Shown here piece after piece: positions 38,511 through 50,371 of a stretch of DNA of 64,000 bases. The DNA is from Octopus sinensis (Eukaryota), in the NCBI RefSeq assembly GCF_006345805.1, contig NC_043001.1:40982001-41046000 (forward strand). Direction: 5' to 3'. The translations under genes and the position numbers were made by a program. Numbering within the stretch: the first letter of the stretch is position 1; every line of letters begins with the position of its first letter. The notes beneath the pieces were generated by a model. The model had not been told where the DNA came from and did no database searches. It was given only the letters and a program-made list of their open reading frames with translations.

Positions 38511-39769
38511 ATATGCATATGTATTTATGTATGTACATGTATATGGCAGATAATGGGTATACGTGTGTTTGAGTGTGTGTGACTGATCCTACCCATTTTA
38601 AACATACATGACAACACCTCCCTCTCTCTCAGTCAATCACTCACTCTAAAAAAGATGCAAGAAAAATTAAATGAATAAAAAAATTTACGCTATCACTCTC
38701 CCTCTCTCACACACACACAGAGCAAGACAAACATTCTCTCTCTCTCTGACAACACACAGACATCTCTCTCACTCTCTCTCTCTGTCAAACACGCACTCAC
38801 TAAAGATGTGAAAAAGTAAATAAAATTTATGCTCTCTCTCACACACACACACACATTTTCTCTCCCTTTCTTTCCAACAACACACCTCAATCTGTCAATC
38901 ACTCACACACTCACTCACAAAAGATGCAAGTAAAAATAAATAAAAGAAAGGGGATCTAGTTGTTTTCATTTGCAAAATCTGCATTTTTTAAAAGGGAGTA
39001 AAAGAATTTGAAAATTGGCTATAATAATGTAGCCTTCCAATCTCATTGCTTTGATGGTATGATGTGGAGAGAAAAAAAAAAATGAAAAAAAAGTTACAGA
39101 GGTTTAAAAATCAAAATAAAAACTGGGTATTTTTAGCCAATAGTGAGACAGAAATTTTCTGCGCTCGGCAAAGCTGTGTCAACTTTTGGGATGTACCCTG
39201 TGAAATTTATTGTTTAGTGTCTGACCTATTCATTGCAGGTTTCTGAATAAACAGAAATACCTAATAAAATCAACATATATCATCTTACCATTTCTATTGT
39301 CTCTTCATTGATTATATGTTTTTATTATTTTAAAAAATTTGTTATATTAATATATTTGTCAGCATGTATTTACTTTTTGTGTACTTCAGTATTATGTATA
39401 CCTGCCATGTATTTATATACATCATTAATATAAGTACATGTGTATATGTGTGAAAAGGGGACATCTGTCTCCAAAACTCCAAAGTTGAGTAATGTTTTCA
39501 TGCTTTGATTTGTAAACTACAATAAGAATAACAATGGTCAACAATGAATTTGTCCCAAGGAAAAGAATACCTGTATCTTAGATGTTTTTGCATGCAGAAT
39601 TAAAAAATAATGTCAAATTATCTGTATCACCCACAGTTTCTCTGTTCCATGATATCCCGCTCAATTCCTGTTACGTGAGCTAAATTTCAGTTAAACTGTT
39701 GAAATGTGAAGCTAACGGTTTAAGAAATACTCCTAATTAAAATATTTATGAATAGAGTTAACCTAGTGA

Positions 39770-40058
39770 ATGTTATTTACATTATTTACAATTGACGGAT
39801 ATTTGTCCTCATCTTATTTGTTGTTAACACAACGTTTTGGCTGATATACCCTCCAGCCTTCATCAGGTGTCTTGGGGAAATTTCGAACCTGGATTCTCAT
39901 TCCTAAGGTATTTTTCAATGTTGTTGTTATTATTATTGTTCAGGTCACTGTCTGGAATAGAACTCGGAATCTTGGGGTTAGTAGCCCACACTACGCCATA
40001 TGCACAGGCATATTGCATAGTGGTTAAGAGTGCGGGATACTAACCCCAAGATTCCGAG
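39770..40058 (-). mobile_element. tRNA-headed short element with hammerhead-like motif plus head-to-head partial copy
   Basis: Minus strand: A-box-like TGGCGTAGTG, loop CTACTAA, B-box-like GAGTTCTATTCC, then the hammerhead motif. Inverted repeat 39963-40058 is centred near 40005. Confidence 0.65.
39826..39871 (-). ncRNA. Minimal type I hammerhead ribozyme, degenerate
   Basis: GACAC-CTGATGA-a-GGCTG(loop)CAGCC-aAAA-CGTT-GTGTT. Stems I and II pair; the G of GAAA is A, consistent with CpG decay. Confidence 0.6.
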
Positions 40059-40059
40059 C

Positions 40060-42330
40060 TGAAAGTAGGTGACACCTTGAAAATTGATCAGATTGATTGA
40101 GGAGAGAGTTGAAAGTGGAACCTGAACACAGATTGTCCTATACTCTGTTTACGACTATCCTCCACTGTAACCGGAACTGACAAACCCAACTCTCTCTCCA
40201 TTGTGATAGAGCTTCAGCCATCTCCCTGTTGGAATTAGTTTATGTTGGAGAGGAGAGGATGTTGCCTACCAAAGGGGAGCAAGCATAAATAGAAAAAAGA
40301 AAACAAAGAAGAGATAAAGACAAGCACTTGTGCAGACCTAGACCCCCAAACCATTTGGGCAAAGCAGCTTGGTCGCGGGAGCCTGGGGAGAATTTGGTAT
40401 TGAAAGGCATTTTAGTTCCCTGAAGATTAGGTCATCAAAGTAATGGAGAGACGACAGGAATCTGTAAGAGGGACTAACTCTCAGAAAATACAAGAGCTTA
40501 GGAATTGACAAGTAATTCCTAAGTATAAAAAAACTTGGTGGGACTCAATTATTTGAAGTTTTTTAAAATGTTATTCAAGGTTAACCATTTTGGATCAAAA
40601 GATGGACTTGAAAGCTAGGTCAGTAATTGGGACTCCGAAGAAGCACCATGCTGATGAAGAAGGAATTGCAATTGAGGAGATGGATTCAACAAGTAGCCTA
40701 GTAGTTTGCTCATGTGAAGCTGGATGGTTGAGGAGCCAGAGCTCCTATTTGGAGGTGTTAACACTAAGATCTGTATGACCAGGTTTCTCGATCAGCGTCC
40801 TCGCAGTTGCAAGCACCTTGTCAGGAGGGCCTCCCAAACAATCATCGAGGTGTCAGACATTTAGGTCTAGGTCGGCTCCTATCTTGGTAACACCACCAAT
40901 ACCCAATACGAATAAGGTGGACCAAGTGGATCACCCTCTTAGATTCCAGAGGTAGATGGGATAAGGTGGTCACCAATCGAGAAGTAGGAGGGTTCCTGAT
41001 AGGCCTGCCAAGCAAAGTAATAAAGTGGTGGGGAATTCTCTCTTACTGAGTGGAGGATGACATCTCGACTGATGGAGTTAAAAGCATTCTTAAGGTCAAG
41101 TTTGAGGATGACCTTTTGGGACTCAGAGGGCAAGTTGGTGAAAGCCCTATTGGCCTGAGCAGCAGCCTCACACCCTAGCTTAGTACCCACTCCTTGCTGA
41201 ATAGGGGAAATTTCCTCAGCCAGGCAGTTAGAAACTGGGGACAGGCACACTTTTACTGTGAACCGTCGCAGAGTACAACCAACTGCTATGGGGTGGAAGT
41301 CACCGTTGGGCTTGATGAGACCAAATAGTTTGATCCCAAAGAACAGGGGACGAATGTAGGCAAGAACATTCTCAGATGAGAACAAGTTTATGAACTGTGT
41401 TAGGTTCTCCAAGAGTTCGAGCCCAGCATCACCAGCTGACAGGGAGATGCCACCCTTGAGATACTGAGGTCGCAAGCCATCAATCCCAGCACCAGAACCT
41501 GCTGGAAAAGAAGCAATTGCCCTCCTGACATTGTCAGGGGTGAAGATGGGATGTAGAAAACTTGGTGGGTTGGGTCAGTGTAGGTGATCATCTGGTAGGG
41601 CCAGAGAATGTTTCTCCTTTGGTAGGTTGAGGGGGTCTGTGGTACACAGGGTGAGGGAGGACAGAGAGGAAAGAAGCCAAACAACCCATTTAATGTCAAA
41701 TTTGCTGAATTTGGTATCAATGGCATTCTTGAAGTTGTGGTCAACCATTGTTCGAGGTTGAGCTTTTGACCGACCTGAGATGAACAGTGGCTGGGATAGA
41801 TTTGAACAGCTTAAACTGCCGTTTCAGGGAAGAAGTGAGGGATCCGATATTCCCATTTGTCACGTGGAGGGAGACCAAAGGGAACAGTTTTTGCCAATCC
41901 GAGGTGTTGTTGGGTAGGCAGACGTTCTTCAGCAGTTTCAAGAGAACGCAGACGAAACACGTCCAAGCAACCTTAAGATTTTGATTGATGAGCTTCAGCT
42001 TGGACAAACCCTGGAGGGATCTGGACTTCAGAGTAAGGTTCCGTCCCACTAAGAATGCCAGAGCTGAAGTAACATCGGTTGCATGTCCAGTTTGCATTTT
42101 GAAAATTGCAAAGTAAAAATTTCTTCAAGGTACAAAATTGACACAAAAAGAAATTACGTCTTAATTGATTTTTAAAAAATTTCTTGAATTTTATTGCCTT
42201 CACAATGTTTACCATTTTACAAAATTAAATTAGAAAATTGGACAACACGGAGAACACAATTGAAAAAAAATTAAACAGAAAAAAGAAACAAAAAACAAAA
42301 CAATTCACCCCCTTGGGTTGAAGTTGAAGG
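40060..42330 (-). mobile_element. CRE-clade non-LTR retrotransposon, degenerate and 3'-truncated
   Basis: KPNGDFHPIAVGCTLRR, QQGVGTKLGCEA, LKLDLKNAFNSISR, SGI*EGDPLGP and LRNYLSIPKLLYFLR are characteristic of CRE-type RTs. Confidence 0.78.
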
Positions 42331-42947
42331 CACTGGGAAACCTCTCTAATGGATATTGAGTGTTCCTCAGCAGACTAAACATATCAACATTCGTATATTC
42401 ATGTGTGCATATGCCTGTTAATATTTTTAAAAACAAAAATGTTTCCACTCAAAAAGGAATTCATGAAGGATCTAATTGAAAAAACAACAGAGTTTATTCA
42501 CGTTAACATACACACGCATACAAAAATAAAAACAAAAAAGCATATACACATATAAGGTCTCCTTTGTTTCTAAAAATATTAACACGCACATATAAATATA
42601 CGCATGTTGATGTGTTTGGTCTGTTAAAGAACACTCAATCAAGACGTAATTTCTTTTTGTGTCAATTTTGCGCCTTGAAGAAACATTTACCTCGCAATTT
42701 TCAAAATACATTTTTTATTTATAAATTTGTAAGTTGAATGAGAGTGGATATGGAAACAATTGCGACAAGTGTAAATATGTTAATAAATTGATGGTTATCT
42801 GTTTAAAATAAAAAAAAACCCTCTCCATCTTCTTTATCAAATACCATATTAAATTAAACCTGTATGTATCGAAGTGAAACAAACATCTATAATGGAATTG
42901 AAGGCTTGTGATACCTGTGGAGTATCTCCTTCTAACATTACAATTCT

Positions 42948-43353
42948 TGGATCTTTTCGGTTCGAACGGCAGTTTTTTAAAATAATTTCCACGTAACTAA
43001 ACACTTTTAAACTTCGTATACTGGTAGAATGTGTTTATAAAACGGCGATCGCCTATAAAACATCTTTTTCTCTTGGCTTTATTGTGAAAAATTCTATAGT
43101 TTGTAAGATATTTGTTGTTGTTTTTCTTCAATTTCTGCACTTTCAACCAATCAATGACGTCTACTGAGGTAAAAAAAAACATTGTGCCGTATGAATATGT
43201 CCCTCGTTTAAGAAACAGATTGGGTTTATTTACATTTCTGAAGAAAAAAAGATACCCTTCCCCCCACCCCTAATCCTAACCATAAAACAGATTGAAATGA
43301 CAATTTCATATGACACCGCTAGAAAAAACTGCCGTTCAAACCGAAAAGATCCC
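42948..43353. mobile_element. MITE with ~30 bp TIRs
   Basis: GGATCTTTTCGGTTCGAACGGCAGTTTTTT / AAAAAACTGCCGTTCAAACCGAAAAGATCC; possible 6-bp TSD AATTCT/AATTAT; a related left end starts at 48302. Confidence 0.85.
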
Positions 43354-45457
43354 AATTATTTCTGTAGTCTTAAGGATCTGGAACTCGAAGAAGAAGCTTA
43401 CAAGCGGAGTGCAATTCAACCGGTGTTGGTGCCTTTATGTCCCCATAATATAGCAGTTCAGTAAAAGAGAATAATAGAATAAGTACTAGGTTTAATAAAT
43501 GTCGATTTGTTCGACTAAAACCCCTATTAACTCACCCGGCTGGGTGGCTATTTTGATATCACGAAGCTGTGTAGTTCTGTTACAATTATAAAAGATGTTT
43601 GATATAATAAATTTATGCAGAATTACGATGCTTGTCATTCAAAAAATTAGCCACCATATACGCGGTGTTAGTTTTGGGTCAATGTCGGATATTCTAGTTA
43701 TATACATATTTGCATGAAGAGGTGTGTGCGCGCGCGCGTTTATATTTTCATATTCTTCTTCTAAACTTATTGTGTAGTTACATAAAATGAACAGTAGAAG
43801 GGATACAAGTAGTAAGAGAAATATTATACACAAAGACCATCAGAAAGTAATCTTTATTAAAAACAATCAAAAGAAGAAAAAAAAAGAGAAAAAAGCGAGA
43901 CGGTAAAACCATATTTAGTCTTGGTGAAGAATTCTTCACGACCAAAATAGTATAGGGACATAAAGTTATTACTCATTGTTTCGTACGTACGTATGTATTC
44001 ATATATTTGTATATACACTTGACTTGAAATTACCTTTGCATGCTTGCCTAGCAGTAACTATATTTATCTAAGTAAGGAGCTATATATACTATATATGTAT
44101 TACATATCTACTTACTTTCACTTAACAAGAGTAGTGTAAGTTTATACTCTTGTGAACATCTTTAACTGTTTTTACTGCTGCCGTTTTTCACCACCCCTCC
44201 ATTATTGTTTTAATGGTATTATATGTTATAATCGGTTGTACCTATACCCAACAAAAAGAAATTTTATGGATCGTCAAACAAAATACCTTGTGATATTTGT
44301 TTCGAGCCTGCCGAAGTCAATTTTGCCTTCGTCTTTCCGGAGTCGGTGAAATAAAACAATATAAGAATCTTTTCAACTAACATATTTTACTCAAATTTGC
44401 TGGTCTTGTGCCCTATCTTAAAAATTATGGCGATCCTTAGGTATTGGTCTCCAAAATATCGGTATGAGGAGACGACGTCATTCACCCTCTTTTTACGCCT
44501 AGCCTCTCTATGTTATGAGGGAAGGTTAAGTGGGTGAATGATCTCATGTACGAATACCAAAAGATTGGCAAAATTATTATTAAAAACAGATGGTTTGGTA
44601 AAATCATTAGAGTTGGACAAGACACCTCGCGCTTTTTGTTCGGCTCTTTATGTGTTGTTGATTTCATAAATCGCCGAGGTCAATTTTACTTTTCATTCCT
44701 CCAAAACGGGTAAATAAAATAACTTATCAGTCAAAAATGGAGTAGATGATTTTGACTAAACCCCTTCCCTTCAAAACTGCTGGCCGAAAAAGGAAACAGA
44801 CAGAATGGCCGAACCAGAAAAGGACCGAATGGAAGTTCTCTGAAAGGTCGAGTAACAATAGCGAAAGCCTATGTCGCCTTGTTATCGTTTACCGTCATGC
44901 CTTACCCAGTTACCGTTTGATCAGGTTAGAATGACTGCTCTTCAACGTCTTGTGGAAGGGATGTATTCCATTGCTCAGGCGGTTCATCTACTGCCTGTAT
45001 CTTCTGCATGGAAGTTTAAGCATACTCTACAAAGACCAAAACTGGGCGCCTAGCATCTAAAATGTCGATCCGCTCACTACTAATCGGCGAACTGGATCGA
45101 TGAATGTTCTACTCTAGCAATCTATAGTTAGGTCGTAGAGAAGGGTAAGGACGTTCTCCAGGGCTCCGGGCATCGACGAAAACGAACTAGCTAGTCTGTT
45201 CCGGAGAATTTTGGATCGCAGACAACTGTGGACAACCTACAAAAGCATTGTCTTGGCAGTGCTCCTGAGGGGCGCAACCAGTTCGAAATAAACTCAACTG
45301 GCACGGTTTCGTCGGACAAGCCCGTCTGATGGTACATCTGTGCCTGTAGAGTTTATCTCGAACTGGCAGCGCCTCTCAGTAGCACTGCCAGGCCAACGAC
45401 ATTTGGAAATTATCCATGGTCGTCCTTGGCCAAAAAGTTCTCCGGAATAGGCTAGAC

Positions 45458-45654
45458 CAGTGCTTTTCAAACTTTTTGCTGAAGCGGAACCTCAAGGAAA
45501 CGTTCTACTGGCTCGAGGAACCCCTGTGCAATAATTTGATTGTCTTATGCACACATATCTGCACAGGAGAATTAAAAATTACTGTCGATTTTAGCATTTT
45601 TGTAACTTCTTGCGGAACCCTAAGGTTCCACGGAACCCTGGTTGAAAACCACTG
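45458..45654. mobile_element. hAT (Charlie-like) MITE, 197 bp
   Basis: TIR CAGTGCTTTTCAA / TTGAAAACCACTG; perfect 8-bp TSD GGCTAGAC at 45450-45457 and 45655-45662. Confidence 0.92.
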
Positions 45655-45669
45655 GGCTAGACGTTCGTT

Positions 45670-46920
45670 TTCGTCGACGCCCAGAGTCTCTCAAAGAATG
45701 TCGTCGCTCTTCCCGGCACTCTTGCTAAAATGGAACATCCACTGATCCCATTGCCCGCTGTGGGCGTCTAACGACATTCTAGGCGCCAGACCCAGTCTCG
45801 GTCTTTTCTTCATCCACACAGCAGCTCGCTCAAGGAGACCAGCTGCAGAAATACGTGCCTCACAAACGGAGCCCCCTCACGCTCACTGTGTGTGATGCAA
45901 CCGTGTTGCTGCAGATGACGCAATCTGAACGCCTGTCTGCGCATCAGAAGCTATAGCATTGAAAGGGTGTTGGCAGGAGACTGACCACCTGACCATTAGA
46001 ATGCGTCCCTTCTACAAGAAATTAAATTAGAGACGCTCCAACCTAGTCAAGCAGTAAATGGAGCAGGATACGACGGTCAGGCGATAACTGATGACGGCAG
46101 TGATGTTGGCATTTCCCGATGTTTCAGGGACAGCTTCCTGTCAGCTCATTTCTGGATATGACTGGCCACCCTGGTCGTTACCTCCCAGTTCTTATCTACC
46201 TGGTGGTCACTGAACCAGATCCCGAGCAGTTTAACTAGCCCGTCAGTCCAGCGTCCAGCGACACAATCTGACGGCAATCGACCTGTCTTTTCAAGTATCC
46301 AACCGCAAGCCCACCGAATTGTTGTCGTTGACTTTGGCCCTTGCAACCAACTCATTTAGAATGGTACTGACTATCTCCACTTCGGAAGCATCCTCCCATG
46401 TTACAGTTACAAAGGGATGCCCCTCAACTGTTCCAATTTCTGTAACGGTGGCTCGAGAACTATCTCATACATCACGTCCAAAATAGGCCGCTTTCAGGAC
46501 GGTTTCCAAGCCACGATGGTTGACCGTATCAAATGCTTTGGATTGATCCAAACGGACCAGAGCCCCATCGAAGCCAGCTTCAGTCCCAGCCCTTTCTAAT
46601 ATATGACATAAGGTGGAGATTGTTATAGATATACCTGTTCGGGATTGCGCCCGTTTGCGCTTCCTCGACCAGATTACTGACGACAAGTGCCAACTTTTTT
46701 TGCTAAAATCTTAGCCAAAATCTGAAACTCTGTGTTTAGCAGAGTTATGGGCCGAAAATTCCCTAGCACGTACCCATTGTCGGCGTTCTTCCTCAGCAGC
46801 GTCACCACTCCCCGCCTAACAGTACTAGGAGTTCTCCTGTTCTGCTGCCAGTTATAGTAGACGTCTGCCAATCAAATCTGACATGAACTCATAGAATTCC
46901 TAGAGAAGACCAACCAACCA
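45670..46920 (-). mobile_element. Tx1/L1-clade LINE RT relic
   Basis: GVVTLLRK...NFRPITLLNTEFQILAKILA, LDQSKAFDTVNH and VKLLGIWF; multiple frameshifts. Confidence 0.8.
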
Positions 46921-47009
46921 AGCAATTTGCACGTAACCTATGGTGGTGTTGCTGTTTCCAAAGTTTATTTTCGTTTCTCTATTAGTAATTTTACTCGCGT
47001 ATCTATCTT

Positions 47010-47510
47010 AAAATGAGCTGCTTGGCGGAGGTCTGCGGAATTGACATGACAAGACTTGACTATTGGGATCGACTCAAAAAGTTCAGGCTTTGCTCCCTCC
47101 ACCCTCGCTGTGAGCTCTATATCATCTGTATGATGTGGAAAATATTCCATCAACATTGCCCATCTTTAAAATTCGACCGAGGCTTGGCCCCCGTGCCATC
47201 CGTCCACTACAAAAATGTTCGTGTTGTATCACAACACTATGACAGAACTATTTCACCTCAATTGGCCCTGATCTCTTCAACATCGTGCCAGACACACATA
47301 AAGGAGGAAAGTGACTTTACGGCATTCAAACGCTCCCTAGATGATTATCCACAACAAATACCAGATAAACCACCCACACGCAGATATGTCTCTGAAAACA
47401 ATAACTGTCTGCTTGAATGGGCTACGGATCCCCAGAGCTGACTTCTCTTCCAGGTGATGCTATTAAATTAGACATGACCTGAGTCAACTTCGGCCGAAAC
47501 TTATCCAAAT
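47010..47510 (+). mobile_element. CR1/Daphne-group LINE 3' end
   Basis: DYWDRLKKFRLCSL...YIICMMWKI and FKRSLDDY.QQIPDKP...NN.LLEW. Confidence 0.65.
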
Positions 47511-47819
47511 AATCTAATCTATGCTGTAACCTTTTAATCAAAGCATGACAACGTGGGTAGAGGCTGATATCTTAACATTTCTGATGGTCTTAAGTATAAA
47601 AAAATTATTAGATTTATGTAGAACTACATTCAGAGTATGTCTATAAGCTATTGTGTTTAGACCTGGTTTATATCCTCAAACTGCTCCGTTTTGTAGATGC
47701 AATTATTTATTTATCATTTTTTTTTTTTAGTAAAGCACTCCGAAATTAGAAAAATCAAAATTCTGCAACAATGTCGGTCCCATGAGTATCGGATAATGGA
47801 TTTTCAACAGTGTAAAGAA

Positions 47820-48275
47820 ACTGATTGTGATGATTGTAGTTTTGACGGTGATTGTGGTAATCGTAGTTTTGATGGTGATTGTGGTGAAAGCAGAGACAGT
47901 CAGTGTTGATGATGACGATGGTCGAGATAAGTATGGGAGGATGATAAAATAGTATCGGTGGTTATAATAGCGGCAGGAGCGGTGTGATGTGTGATGCTTA
48001 GGTGATGGTGGTAATAGTGGTGTTGATGATAGTGTTAGTTGTGTGATGGTGGTATTGTAGTGGTTATAATGGTTGTAGTGGTGAAAGTGACTGTCAAGGT
48101 AACCGTCATAATAACGTTGATGGCTGTGTATGTGGTTGAAGTGGAAGCAATGATAATGCTGCTGATGATGTTGGTGGTTGTGGTGATAGTGGTAGGATAG
48201 TTGTGGTGGTGATTGTAATATGATGGTGGTGGTGGTAGTCGTCGTCGTAGTGCTGCTCCTGCTGGTTTGGTGGAG
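47820..48275. repeat. Degenerate (GGT/GAT/GTA)n low-complexity tract
   Basis: Directly visible. Confidence 0.8.
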
Positions 48276-49122
48276 GTCTGCGCTCTCCGAGTGCTTTTCT
48301 AGGGATCTTTACCTTTTGACCTACAGATTAAAAAAATAATTTTTTGTAACTAAACACTTTCAAACTTCGGACACAGGTAGAATGTGTCATATAAAACATC
48401 TTTTACTCTTGGCATTTTTTGAGAAAAACTTATATTTACGAAGTTATTTCACGTTAAAGTTGTCCTATTTCTGTAATTTCAACCAATCAATGACGTGTAT
48501 TCAGCTAAATAAAATTATTGCTGTTGTTTGTCAACAAGAACTTCTGGCGGTGTATATTTCGTTTGGGTCTGACCGTGGTCTGTGCAACATCGATATTCTT
48601 CCTTGTGTTTGTGAAACTTTTTGTACCTCTGCCGTAAGGCTTCATTTCCACACACGCCAGCTAAATACAATTCGTCCCCAGTCGAAAGACACCTGTTGTT
48701 ATGTCCTGTTATTATTATTATTTTTATTGTATTTATATTTGTACAACATTGTCCGTTTTTCCGTCCTTGTTTTAGTATACATTCAATGCTTTCTTTCAAG
48801 GAATCTATCGGTCACGTGGGAAGAGAAGAGAGAGAGAAATAGAAGCAGAGGAACAAAAGAATTAAGGAAGGAAAAGAGAAGAGAGTTGTAGAAACAGATG
48901 GACAGAAGAATTAAGGAGGGGCAAGAAAAAATGACAGGGACATAGTGAAGTGAAAAGTGGAGGGAAAGTAAGAAAAGAAGGCAAAGAAATGTGAGAGAGG
49001 GGAAACGAAAGAACAAAGAGTGGAATGAACGAATAAGCGTGAAAGGGTTGATAGAAATAGAATCGTACAAAATTTAGTAAAATGTATACTTACATATAAG
49101 AGAATAAAATGTACGCACGCCG

Positions 49123-49204
<82 letters not shown>

Positions 49205-49390
49205 TAAGTAATTAAGGGTTTAGCAACGATTTGCCTCACCACACACCGAATTTAGAAATAGCAGTCAAAGAGTTATAGCTATTCTTTCTACTAAAAGGGA
49301 GATCTCAGTAAAACCACAGCACTTGAAAGGCAAACACAGACAGGCAAGAGAGAAAGAAATGACGACAATCGATCATACAATATTAAGTCA

Positions 49391-49481
49391 CCTACGGACG
49401 TACGTTTCGAAATTAAGTTTTAGGAAAGCATAAGAATTAGATAATTATGTCTTACCCAACTTCTTTTCTCATCAGCGTAGG
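49391..49481 (-). ncRNA. Type I hammerhead ribozyme (mirror copy)
   Basis: Reverse complement of 49849-49939. Confidence 0.85.
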
Positions 49482-49848
49482 ACACTACAATTATGAATAA
49501 TTGTATATTAAATTTCGAGGTACTAGAAGGTACTCAGTATCAGAGCGAGCTAAAGCCGTTACCAGTATCACCAAAGTCAAAGTGTGAATGAAAGTTTGTG
49601 TCACCAACCCCCTCCCACCAGCGTGCAGCCAAGACAAGATGTTGTGGTCATTTACTGGGATGAAATATGGTTCAGTAAATGACCACAACATCTTGTCTTG
49701 GCTGCACGCTGGTGGGAGGGGGTTGGTGACACAAACTTTCATTCACACTTTGAATTTGGTGATACTGGTAACGGCTTTAGCTCGCTCTGATACTGAGTAC
49801 CTTCTAGTACCTCGAAATTTAATATACAATTATTCATAATTGTAGTGT

Positions 49849-49939
49849 CCTACGCTGATGAGAAAAGAAGTTGGGTAAGACATAATTATCTAATTCTTAT
49901 GCTTTCCTAAAACTTAATTTCGAAACGTACGTCCGTAGG
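49849..49939 (+). ncRNA. Type I hammerhead ribozyme
   Basis: Stem I CCTACG/CGTAGG; CTGATGA 49855-49861; long stem II (GAAA/TTTC, AAGTT/AACTT, CATAA/TTATG); GAAA 49922-49925; palindromic stem III CGTACG; GTC triplet 49931-49933. Confidence 0.9.
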
Positions 49940-50232
49940 TGACTTAATATTGTATGATCGATTGTCGTCATTTCTTTCTCTCTTGCCTGTCTGTGTTTGC
50001 CTTTCAAGTGCTGTGGTTTTACTGAGATCTCCCTTTTAGTAGAAAGAATAGCTATAATTCTTTAACTGCTATTTCTAAATTCGGTGTGTGGTGAGGCAAA
50101 TCGTTGCTAAACCCTTAATTACTTAGTATATATATAGTTAATCCAAACAAGAAAGCACAAAAAAACAACAACGCGAGGACGTGGAACAAATATAGTATTA
50201 TTGGACGCTCAGGAAAGAAGGAAAGAAGGAGG

Positions 50233-50267
50233 GTTTAATGTTTCGAGCGGAGCTCTTCGTCGGAAAC
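50233..50267 (-). ncRNA. Minimal hammerhead-like motif, degenerate, in a (TA)n-flanked 216 bp insert (50137-50352)
   Basis: GTTT-CCGACGA-a-GAGC(tcc)GCTC-GAAA-CATT-AAAC. Stems I and II pair; two positions deviate from consensus. Confidence 0.5.
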
Positions 50268-50371
50268 AGGAGAAGGAAAGATCCAGGGAAGGGAAGACAG
50301 GGGGGAAAAATCGACAACGGTACACACGCGGTCACATTTTGAATGACCGGAAATATATATATATATAAGTA

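Larger units (their letters stand above)
49204..50126. repeat. Near-perfect palindrome (454 bp arms, 15 nt spacer) in (TA)n; probable fold-back Penelope-like pLTR
   Basis: 49204-49657 is the reverse complement of 49673-50126 with no indel and 3 substitutions seen; hammerhead in each arm. Confidence 0.95.

Noticed and set aside
43255-43285. Telomere-like CCCTAA units
   Set aside because: Only 2-3 degenerate units inside a MITE.
49491-49839. Two near-identical 83 aa ORFs on opposite strands
   Set aside because: Consequence of the palindrome; no domain similarity recognised.
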